NCBI GenBank assembly: GCA_042568575.1
Contig: JBHPIO010000001.1
Span: forward strand, 64,001 to 128,000
Reading direction: 5' to 3'
DNA: 64,000 nucleotides
From: Patescibacteria group bacterium
Lineage (GTDB): Bacteria; Patescibacteriota; Gracilibacteria; UBA1369; PNNO01
The notes under the pieces were generated by a model. It saw nothing but the letters and a program-made list of their open reading frames with translations, was not told the origin of the DNA and ran no database searches. The number at the start of each line of letters is the position of its first letter. The first letter of the stretch is position 1. This document shows positions 1-7,786 of this stretch, piece by piece. The position numbers and the translations under genes were made by a program.

Positions 1-1
1 A

Positions 2-844
2 ATCCATGTTTTAAGTCACACATTGCATTATGGAGGTGGGGCATTTGAAGGCATTCGTTTTTATGAAACTGAAGACGGGAAAGCCGCAATATTTAGGCTA
101 GAAGAGCATATTGAAAGATTGTTGTTTTCAGCAAACACAATTCAAATGGAAGTTCCTTATACAAAAGAAGAACTTGTTGAAGCTTGCTTAGAAACAATTC
201 GTAAAAACAATATTAAATCAGGATATATAAGGCCAATAATTTATTTTGGATATGGCAAAATGGGGATTGATCCAAGAGGAGCAAAAGTCGAAACGTGTAT
301 TGCAGCGTGGGGATGGGGATCGTATCTTGGAGAAGATATGGTGAAAGTTAAGACTTCTTCATATGTGAGAATCCACCCAAAAAGCACAGAAACACAGGCA
401 AAACTTTGTGGACATTACGTAAATTCAATAATGGCTAGCCTGGAAGCGCACAATGCTGGTTTTCATGAGGCATTACTATTAGATCACAAAGGTTTTGTTG
501 CCGAAGGACCGGGCGAAAACATATTCGCAGTAAAAGATGGTAAACTAATTACACCGGAATCAGGAAACATTCTTGTAGGAATAACACGTGACTCAATATT
601 CGAAATCGCTAGAGACAACAATATTGAAGTAGTAGAAATGAAAATGAAACTTGAAGATTTAAAAAATGCTGATGAAGCTTTCTTTACAGGCACAGCAGCG
701 GAAGTTACGCCAATCAATCAAATTGACGACTCCGTCATTGGAGATGGTAAAATCGGACCAGTAACAGAACAATTAAAATCTATTTACACTAAAGCTATAC
801 ATGGAGCTTTAGACCAATATATTAAATGGCTTACCTATGCTTAA
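2..844 (+). CDS. ilvE: Branched-chain amino acid aminotransferase (class IV PLP), 5'-truncated by window edge
   Basis: Frame open from base 2 (IHVLSHTLHYGGGAFEG). Motifs FRLEEHIERL, YIRP, AK..GHY.NS, EGPGENIF, ILVGITR, EAFFTGTAAEVTPI. Confidence 0.9.
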   Translation: MHVLSHTLHYGGGAFEGIRFYETEDGKAAIFRLEEHIERLLFSANTIQMEVPYTKEELVEACLETIRKNNIKSGYIRPIIYFGYGKMGIDPRGAKVETCIAAWGWGSYLGEDMVKVKTSSYVRIHPKSTETQAKLCGHYVNSIMASLEAHNAGFHEALLLDHKGFVAEGPGENIFAVKDGKLITPESGNILVGITRDSIFEIARDNNIEVVEMKMKLEDLKNADEAFFTGTAAEVTPINQIDDSVIGDGKIGPVTEQLKSIYTKAIHGALDQYIKWLTYA

Positions 845-2390
845 ACAATTCAAAGTAATTTTTGCGAGCCTTCTGCTTGCCATGCTTCTCCTTCCTTATG
901 CTGCGCTTGCTCAGGATTCTCCAGAATTCACTGAAGCAGGAGAAGTAACATTCGAAGCGATTATCAACTCACTAGATAGTGTCGAACTTGATAAGAACAT
1001 CATTTTTGATGCTACAAAATCAACTCATCCAGATACAGAAAAAGAACTAACTTATAATTGGGATTTTGGTGATGGCAACAAAAAAGAGGGGCCTGAAGTT
1101 GTTCATACATATACAACATTAGGACAAAAGACGATCACATTAACAGTAAATGATGGGGCCCAAACCGTAACAGCTACAAAGGAAATTTTCGTATACACGA
1201 AAATCATAATGTTTATTACGGATAAAGCAGGTCTGCAGGATAGAGTAGAAGGATTCAATAATTATGCGCGTGATAGAGATGTGCATATCCTGCTAATTGA
1301 AAGTTACGATAGTGCAACTGAGTTTATCTCGGAAGAAGTTTTGAAGCAAAAACTTAGTGAAGTAGTTGAAGATTTAAGAAAAATAGACGAAATAGTTGTG
1401 TGGACGGATGGAAACACAGGACTAAATGCTCTTTCTTGGGTAAAGCAAAAACAGGCGGAGCTAGATCCTCCCTTAACTTTTGATTCAAAAACAATACTTG
1501 TTTTAAGCGATAACGAGCAAGGAACAAGCCAAATTCATCGACAATACGATCTTTTGCGTCCTGACAATATAGTTATTGCTAAAGAAGCTGCAATCTATCC
1601 ATTTATTGATAGTGCGGATTCTGATGTATTCATTGAACGCTTAGAAGCTGATGGATATGATTATTCAGTTATCAACGCAGAAACAGGACAGCTGCAATTG
1701 TGGAACTTCATGTCGTATTTCGTAAACTATCTTATTGATAGTGGAATTCCGGCAAACACAGTTATTCTCATTTTAATGCTTCCTGTAATTGCAACTATTG
1801 TTTCTTTCATGAAGCAGATTATCGGAGTTACAACATTTGGTGTTTATACGCCATCGATTATTACGCTAACATTTTGGATTCTTGGTCTTAAAGTAGGACT
1901 TTTGACACTCCTTATAATGGTACTTGTTGGAACAGGAGCAAGATATGTATTAAAACGTTTCAGACTCTTATATATACCAAAAATGGCAGTAGTGCTATCA
2001 GCTGTGGCATTAGCGATTCTCGCGATGCTTATCATATCAATTAGATTTAACTTATTTGATGCTCAGTTCTTCTCATTATCAATATTCCCAATGTTGATTT
2101 TGAGTACGTTAACAGAGAAATTCGTAAACATTCAAACTGGAAAAGGATTTAGACAAGCTATCACTTTGACGCTTGAAACAGTATTGGTATCGATAGTTGC
2201 ATACATTGCAATTGGAGGAGAATTCTTCTGGAATTTAAAATTCACTGCACTACAAAGTTTTATGCTGGCATATCCGGAAATCATCATAGTAATGATTGTG
2301 ATAAATATTTTCTTAGGAAGATGGACGGGACTCAGACTTCTTGAATATGTACGTTTCCGTGAAGTACTTCGCCATGTAGAAGAAGAATAA
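837..2390 (+). CDS. Signal peptide + PKD domain + extracellular alpha/beta domain + 7TM domain (7TM_transglut family, partner of RimK-like ATP-grasp ligases)
   Basis: Signal peptide ending ALA-Q. PKD motif YNWDFGDG...VVHTYTTLGQKTITLTV. 7TM motifs LMLPVIATIVSFMKQIIGVTTFGVYTP, IFPMLIL...EK, GRWTGLRLLEYVRFR. Confidence 0.8.
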   Translation: MLKQFKVIFASLLLAMLLLPYAALAQDSPEFTEAGEVTFEAIINSLDSVELDKNIIFDATKSTHPDTEKELTYNWDFGDGNKKEGPEVVHTYTTLGQKTITLTVNDGAQTVTATKEIFVYTKIIMFITDKAGLQDRVEGFNNYARDRDVHILLIESYDSATEFISEEVLKQKLSEVVEDLRKIDEIVVWTDGNTGLNALSWVKQKQAELDPPLTFDSKTILVLSDNEQGTSQIHRQYDLLRPDNIVIAKEAAIYPFIDSADSDVFIERLEADGYDYSVINAETGQLQLWNFMSYFVNYLIDSGIPANTVILILMLPVIATIVSFMKQIIGVTTFGVYTPSIITLTFWILGLKVGLLTLLIMVLVGTGARYVLKRFRLLYIPKMAVVLSAVALAILAMLIISIRFNLFDAQFFSLSIFPMLILSTLTEKFVNIQTGKGFRQAITLTLETVLVSIVAYIAIGGEFFWNLKFTALQSFMLAYPEIIIVMIVINIFLGRWTGLRLLEYVRFREVLRHVEEE

Positions 2391-2399
2391 CCCTAAAAT

Positions 2400-4799
2400 A
2401 TGTTTTTCTTTAATGACAAAGGGGTTCTAGGAATTAATGCAAGAAATTTGTTGTATGTTAGGCCGTACAACAGAAAGAAAGTCATCAAAATGGCAGATGA
2501 CAAAATTAAATCTAAAAAGTTTTTGGCGGCAAGAGGCATTCCGGTTCCAAAACTATATGCTGAAATAAGAAACAAACAGGATCTGGAGAAGTTTGATTTC
2601 AACTCGCTTCCTTCGTCTTTTGTATTAAAACCAAATCATGGATTTGGAGGTGAGGGGATTATTCCTGTTGCAAGTAAGAGAGATCAATTTTGGGTAACAG
2701 CTTCAGGTAAAAAAATCAATAAAGATGAATTTATTGATCATATTTCCGATATCTTGGATGGAAGATATTCTATTGCCAACGTTGGGGATACAGCATTTTT
2801 TGAGCAAATGATTATTTCTCATGACAGTATTGGGAATTATTCGTTTAGAGGACTTCCAGATATCAGAGTTATTGTTCACAATTTAATCCCTGTGATGGCG
2901 ATGCTTCGTCTCCCAACAAAAGAATCCGGTGGGAAAGCAAACATCCATCTTGGCGCTGTTGGTATTGGAATTGATATATCTAAAGGTGAAACAACATTCA
3001 TTTCATATAAGAACAAGATTATAGATGAGATACCTGGAATAGGACCAATTAAAGGCCTCAAAATACCGTTTTGGGACGATATATTGATGGTAGCCTCAAA
3101 ATGTCAGCTAAACACAAATCTGGGGTATATGGCGGCTGATATAGTTATAGATAAAACAAGCGGACCTGTGCTTCTTGAAATTAATGCTCGCGGTGGATTG
3201 GATGTACAAACTGCTAATCTTGCTCCACTTAAAAAAAGACTCCAAAGAATTGAAGGTGTAAAAGTAACCACACCAATCAAGGGAGTTCGTATAGCAAAAG
3301 ACATGTTTGGAAATGTAGTTGAAAAGGAAATCCAACACGTGTCTGGTAAAACTGTTGTTGGAATTGAAGAAATGGTTGAGATCATTTTGAAAGAGGGAAC
3401 AAGACGTGTTGCAGCAAAGCTTGATTCGGGCAAGGAAAGAACTATTATCGATGAACAATACGCTATAGATTGTGGACTTCTTGGAGAAGGTTATGAGTAT
3501 GATGACGAAAAATCCACTGTTAAATTAAAACTTTCGATTGCCAAAGAAAGAATCCAAACTGTTGCTGATATAGAAAAAATAACTGACAGCGATATTAATT
3601 TGGTTTTAGGACGACGGGATTTGGTAAACTTCTTTATCGACCCTTCAAAGAAAATTCAGAAAACAAACCTTCCTTCGGAGAAGAGCGTAGAGACTTCGGA
3701 AAAACCCAAGACTACCAATGTGTCAAAAAAGGCTCCATATAGCGAAGTAGACCAAAAGTTAATAAAAATAGATGAAAAACTGAAGCTTTTGTATCACTTA
3801 AGGCCAACTAACCTTGCGGAAGAGCAAGACAAGTTCTTTAAAAACTTTAAAAAGAATCCTCAATTTGAATATCCTGAACTAAAATTTGATTTATATGATA
3901 TTCGAAAAGAGCTCGACCAAATAGTTACTGACGAAACGCCTGTTGGTATTTTATTCGAGAAGAAACGTGAAGAAATTAGTCACAAGATTAATTTACTTAA
4001 TTCACGAGGATTTGCTGAAGAATTCACAGAAGCTTCCGTTGATTTATATGGCAAACCTTCTGAAGCTCTTGCGAAGGAAGCAATTGAATACCTGGAAAAA
4101 GCCAGCATTACTTATTCACAACCAAAAGGAAATATAAATGCCGAAGAAGCGAAGGTAAAATTGGACAAAGTATTTGAAGATTATGGTCTTAAAAACTGGG
4201 AAGTTAAGATTAAAGAAGAAATGGTTTCTGATGCTATTGCCGGTAAAAACAATAGGCTCTTTATTAGAAAAGGAGCTGAGTTTACTCAATCAAGACTTGA
4301 AAATCTTATTATTCATGAAATTGAAACTCACATATTAACCGCAGAAAACGGGAAATCTCAAGCTTATGAATTGTTTAATAGGGGACTTGCAAACTATCTT
4401 GAAACACAAGAAGGCCTGGCTATCTATAATATTTTGTCGCAAAAGAAAGAAGAAGAAAAGAATTTGTACCTTTCTATCTCTCTAGTTTATGCAGTCGATT
4501 TGGCGATGAATCATTCGTTTGTTGAAATATTCGAGAAAATGCTTGATGCAAAAATCCCACCCGAGCGTGCTTGGCGAAGTGCTGTTAAAGTTAAGAGAGG
4601 GCTGGAAGACACAAAAGAAGCAGGGGGATTCACAAAAGATTTCCTTTATTTCAAAGGATACAGGCAAATCCAAAGTTTCGTTGCAAAAGGCGGAAAAATC
4701 AAAGATTTATACACAGGGAAATTCAATGCAGACGATGTTGATATAATTCTTCAAATTCCAGAGCTAAAAGAGCCGAAGTATCTTCCAAAGTGGCTTTAA
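2400..4799 (+). CDS. Fusion: alpha-L-glutamate ligase-like (RimK-related) ATP-grasp + retropepsin-like peptidase + DUF1704/MATCAP-like HExxxH metallocarboxypeptidase
   Basis: ATP-grasp motifs GINARN, DDK, FVLKPNHGFGGEGI, GLPDIRV, AMLRLPT..SGGKANIHLG, LEINAR. Peptidase motifs AKLDSG and LVLGRRDL. C-terminal IHEIETH, TQEGLA, RVKRG-like VKVKRG, FTKD..YFKGY. Confidence 0.8.
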   Translation: MFFFNDKGVLGINARNLLYVRPYNRKKVIKMADDKIKSKKFLAARGIPVPKLYAEIRNKQDLEKFDFNSLPSSFVLKPNHGFGGEGIIPVASKRDQFWVTASGKKINKDEFIDHISDILDGRYSIANVGDTAFFEQMIISHDSIGNYSFRGLPDIRVIVHNLIPVMAMLRLPTKESGGKANIHLGAVGIGIDISKGETTFISYKNKIIDEIPGIGPIKGLKIPFWDDILMVASKCQLNTNLGYMAADIVIDKTSGPVLLEINARGGLDVQTANLAPLKKRLQRIEGVKVTTPIKGVRIAKDMFGNVVEKEIQHVSGKTVVGIEEMVEIILKEGTRRVAAKLDSGKERTIIDEQYAIDCGLLGEGYEYDDEKSTVKLKLSIAKERIQTVADIEKITDSDINLVLGRRDLVNFFIDPSKKIQKTNLPSEKSVETSEKPKTTNVSKKAPYSEVDQKLIKIDEKLKLLYHLRPTNLAEEQDKFFKNFKKNPQFEYPELKFDLYDIRKELDQIVTDETPVGILFEKKREEISHKINLLNSRGFAEEFTEASVDLYGKPSEALAKEAIEYLEKASITYSQPKGNINAEEAKVKLDKVFEDYGLKNWEVKIKEEMVSDAIAGKNNRLFIRKGAEFTQSRLENLIIHEIETHILTAENGKSQAYELFNRGLANYLETQEGLAIYNILSQKKEEEKNLYLSISLVYAVDLAMNHSFVEIFEKMLDAKIPPERAWRSAVKVKRGLEDTKEAGGFTKDFLYFKGYRQIQSFVAKGGKIKDLYTGKFNADDVDIILQIPELKEPKYLPKWL

Positions 4800-4831
4800 G
4801 AAAAACGCGTCCCAGGGAATCCCGGAACGCG
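4799..4831 (-). terminator. Rho-independent terminator of the ppnP-like gene
   Basis: Minus-strand stem CGCGUUCCGGG/CCUGGGACGCG followed by UUUUUCUU. Confidence 0.65.
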
Positions 4832-4860
4832 CATTGGAGGTGCTTTCACCCCCAGGCCCA

Positions 4861-5172
4861 TCACTCTTCCTTGGGAGTGAGAGGGGGGTCGTAGTAGCAG
4901 AGGTAGGTTGATAGCTCGTCGGCCTTGATCTGGATGTGCTCACCCGGCTGGATGACGCACGGCTCCATATCGCCTGAGACGAACTGTTTGCCATTGACCG
5001 ACAGCATGCCGCTGGTGACGACGATCGTCTCCTGACTAGCTGCCATACCGCAGTCCCAGTCACCCGGTCGAACCATGCCCGACGTCATATGGATCAACTC
5101 ATCTTCGCCGATGAAAGCAAGACTATTGATCCCTACGTTATCCTCTTCGTAGTCCTTGTGCATCCAACCCAT
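4861..5172 (-). CDS. Pyrimidine/purine nucleoside phosphorylase PpnP-like cupin (DUF1255), GC-rich
   Basis: Pattern SLAF...SGMVRPGDW...QETIVVTSGML...TYLCYY resembles PpnP. SD GGAGG upstream. About 55-60% GC. Confidence 0.65.
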   Translation of the reverse strand: MGWMHKDYEEDNVGINSLAFIGEDELIHMTSGMVRPGDWDCGMAASQETIVVTSGMLSVNGKQFVSGDMEPCVIQPGEHIQIKADELSTYLCYYDPPLTPKEE

Positions 5173-5241
5173 GACAAACCTCCAAAACTCCGCGGAATTG
5201 CGAAGACTAAATTAAAACACAATTGGAGCTGCTATGCAAAT

Positions 5242-6264
5242 CTATAAGATCAACATTGCATCTCCAAAACTATAAAAGCGGTACTTCTCGCGTATTGCTT
5301 CTTCGTAAGCCTCAAATATAAACTCTTTATCAGCAAGTGCACTTATAAGCATAATCAATGTGCTTTCCGGCAAATGAAAGTTAGTTAGAAGGCAATCGAT
5401 TGCCTTAAATTCATATCCAGGATAAATAAAGATGTCTGTTTCAGTTCGTTCAGGATGGAAAGACCCATCTTTAAAGTTAGACTCCAAGACTCTCACTGAA
5501 GTAGTTCCTACAGCTAGAATTTTCTTACCTGCTGTCCGGGCCTCATTCAGCATCTCGGCAGTTTCTTCGGTCATTTCATAAGATTCACTATGCATTACAT
5601 GATCTTCAATCTTTTCACTTTTCACCGGAAGGAAAGTTCCACGTCCAACATGCAAAGTTACAAAAGCAGTTTCGATCCCTTTTGATTTAAGCTTCTCAAA
5701 TACCTCATCAGTAAAATGCAGACCGGCTGTTGGAGCTGCAATACTTCCTGTTTCTTCTGCGTAAACAGTTTGATATTCAGCCATGCCAGCTTTAGAATCC
5801 TTAATGTAAGGGGGTAGGGGAACGCTACCATTTTCTTCAATCCAATTATCAAAATTACCTTCCATTTTGAATTCTATCTCTCGAGTTCCATCTTCATAAA
5901 TAGATACTACTTGCGCTCTAATAGACTCTTTTTTGCCAACAACCTCTAACTCTTTACTCTCGGCAAACTTCTTTCCCGGCTTAACCATGCATTGCCATTT
6001 CTTTTCATCAATCTTTTTTAACAACAAAAGCTCAGCATTTCTTTCATCGACTTTAGCTTCAAGGCGTGCGGGAAAAACACGTGTTTTATTGAAAACAATA
6101 ATATAATCAGATGAAAGTAAATCAGGAAGCTCATTAAAAAAACGATGCTCTAGCTTTTTAGATTTGCGATCGAGAAGCATTAGCCTGGAAGTGTCCCTTG
6201 GATAAGCAGGAACAGTAGCAATTAGTTCCTTTGGCAGATTATATGAGAAGTCCTTTGTAAACAT
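5242..6264 (-). CDS. queA: S-adenosylmethionine:tRNA ribosyltransferase-isomerase
   Basis: Motifs FSYNLPKELIA, PLPPYI, YQTVYA, AAPTAGLHF, TLHVG.GTF, AVGTTSVR, LLTNFHLP.ST, YRFYSFGDAML. Confidence 0.95.
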   Translation of the reverse strand: MFTKDFSYNLPKELIATVPAYPRDTSRLMLLDRKSKKLEHRFFNELPDLLSSDYIIVFNKTRVFPARLEAKVDERNAELLLLKKIDEKKWQCMVKPGKKFAESKELEVVGKKESIRAQVVSIYEDGTREIEFKMEGNFDNWIEENGSVPLPPYIKDSKAGMAEYQTVYAEETGSIAAPTAGLHFTDEVFEKLKSKGIETAFVTLHVGRGTFLPVKSEKIEDHVMHSESYEMTEETAEMLNEARTAGKKILAVGTTSVRVLESNFKDGSFHPERTETDIFIYPGYEFKAIDCLLTNFHLPESTLIMLISALADKEFIFEAYEEAIREKYRFYSFGDAMLIL

Positions 6265-6267
6265 TTA

Positions 6268-7404
6268 TTACCATTTAGTACTCTTATCAGCAGGTTTTGC
6301 CTGCTCATCAGTTGTACCAGTATATTTCATAACCATCAAGGTTACGTCATCTGCCTGCTCTGTGTCTCCAACGTAATTAGAATAATCAGTCGCTATATGA
6401 TGAGAAATTCCCTCAGGACCATATTGCGCAGCATGCTTTGCGAATGACTCCTTTAGTCGATCTATTTCAAACATTTCTCCCTGATTGTTCTTGGCTTCTG
6501 TAATACCATCAGTATAAAGTAGAATTACGTCATCCTTTTCTAGTTTAACCTCTTGTTCTTTTATAAGCTTACCGTTATCTGGAACCATTCCAAGTGCGAT
6601 TCCTCCAGCAGCCTGTGCTTCTACTTTTCCTGTAGCTGCCCTATAAACAAGTAGATATTCGTGACCAGCACCAACATATGTCATTTTTTGTGTCTTATGA
6701 TCCCACTTCATCATCACCATTGTCATAAACATTGCCGATTTGATTCTTGGTTTAAGCTGTCTGTTTGTATTAACTACTATGTCATAAAGATTGTCGTACA
6801 TTTCACTATAAGTATAAAGAAGTGTGTTAACCATCATCATAACAAGCGCAGCAGGCGCACCATGACCGGTAACGTCACCAACATACATAAAAGTTGAATC
6901 AGGCCTATTAATAAAGTCAAAACTATCTCCACCAACCTCTGCAGCACTTCTGTTTTTAGCTACAATTTCCAGTCCAGGAATTTGTGGACTTTCAAGAGGT
7001 AATATCTTCCTCTGAATACTACTAGCAATCTCCAACTCAGACGACATTCGCTCTTGCTCCTTTAATTTACTTGAAATTGTTTCAATATTATCAGTTATCT
7101 CATTAAAAAATTGAGCCATAACTCCAATTTCATCTACTCTGTTAGAATAAATCCTTTTGTAAGGTCTACCTGTCAGTAGATATTTCATTTGTGTAGTAAC
7201 TTTTTTCAACGGCCTTCCAACAACATTAAAAGTTATCGCAATAAAGAGTACCACCAACATACCAGCTCCAATTAACGTGTAAGTTAACGGGAAACTCATT
7301 GGATTAGTCCACAATAGATATGTAGCTACGCCCAAAACAATAGCAACAACAATCATAAATATTGAAATTCTTCGAGTAACAGTTTTTCTTAAAAAGGTCA
7401 GCAT
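6268..7404 (-). CDS. Membrane HAMP + PP2C (SpoIIE/RsbU-type) serine phosphatase
   Basis: Two TM helices and a HAMP segment (DEIG...FN). Catalytic motifs EVGGDSFD, GDVTGHG, GAGH, LYTDGITEA, DDVTL. Confidence 0.9.
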   Translation of the reverse strand: MLTFLRKTVTRRISIFMIVVAIVLGVATYLLWTNPMSFPLTYTLIGAGMLVVLFIAITFNVVGRPLKKVTTQMKYLLTGRPYKRIYSNRVDEIGVMAQFFNEITDNIETISSKLKEQERMSSELEIASSIQRKILPLESPQIPGLEIVAKNRSAAEVGGDSFDFINRPDSTFMYVGDVTGHGAPAALVMMMVNTLLYTYSEMYDNLYDIVVNTNRQLKPRIKSAMFMTMVMMKWDHKTQKMTYVGAGHEYLLVYRAATGKVEAQAAGGIALGMVPDNGKLIKEQEVKLEKDDVILLYTDGITEAKNNQGEMFEIDRLKESFAKHAAQYGPEGISHHIATDYSNYVGDTEQADDVTLMVMKYTGTTDEQAKPADKSTKW

Positions 7405-7416
7405 ATCTTATAATAT

Positions 7417-7785
7417 TTAAATAGCATTTTGTAGACATTCCTCATCTGAATTGTAGCAAGGAATAATTTGATCAAGACCAACAAGTTGGAAAATATCCAT
7501 AATTCTAGCTGAAGCTCTAAGTATCATTATTTTCTTACTCTGAGTCGAAAAACGATTGTAAACGTCACTTAAATATCCAATTCCCTCACTATTTATAAAT
7601 TCAAGATTCTCAAGATCAAGCACTAAGTTCGTTTGCTGAAAGGTTTGAAGGAAAGCCTCCATTTTGTCGCGAAAGTCAGGCATTGTATCCCTATCGACTT
7701 CGCCCTTCACAGTAACTTTCTGGAGCTTTTTCTCCGCATCCGGATCGTTAACAATTAATTCGACGGTTGGCATAGTTGGTGTCAT
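7417..7785 (-). CDS. STAS-domain anti-sigma factor antagonist (RsbV/SpoIIAA-like)
   Basis: Motifs VKGEVD, LVLDLENLEFINSEGIGYL (phospho-Ser position), IFQLVGLD. Confidence 0.85.
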   Translation of the reverse strand: MTPTMPTVELIVNDPDAEKKLQKVTVKGEVDRDTMPDFRDKMEAFLQTFQQTNLVLDLENLEFINSEGIGYLSDVYNRFSTQSKKIMILRASARIMDIFQLVGLDQIIPCYNSDEECLQNAI

Positions 7786-7786
7786 T

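Noticed and set aside
23-844. PabC (aminodeoxychorismate lyase) completing pabAB
   Set aside because: The motifs (LHYG..FEG, YIRP, GTAAEVTP) are IlvE-type, though moonlighting cannot be excluded.
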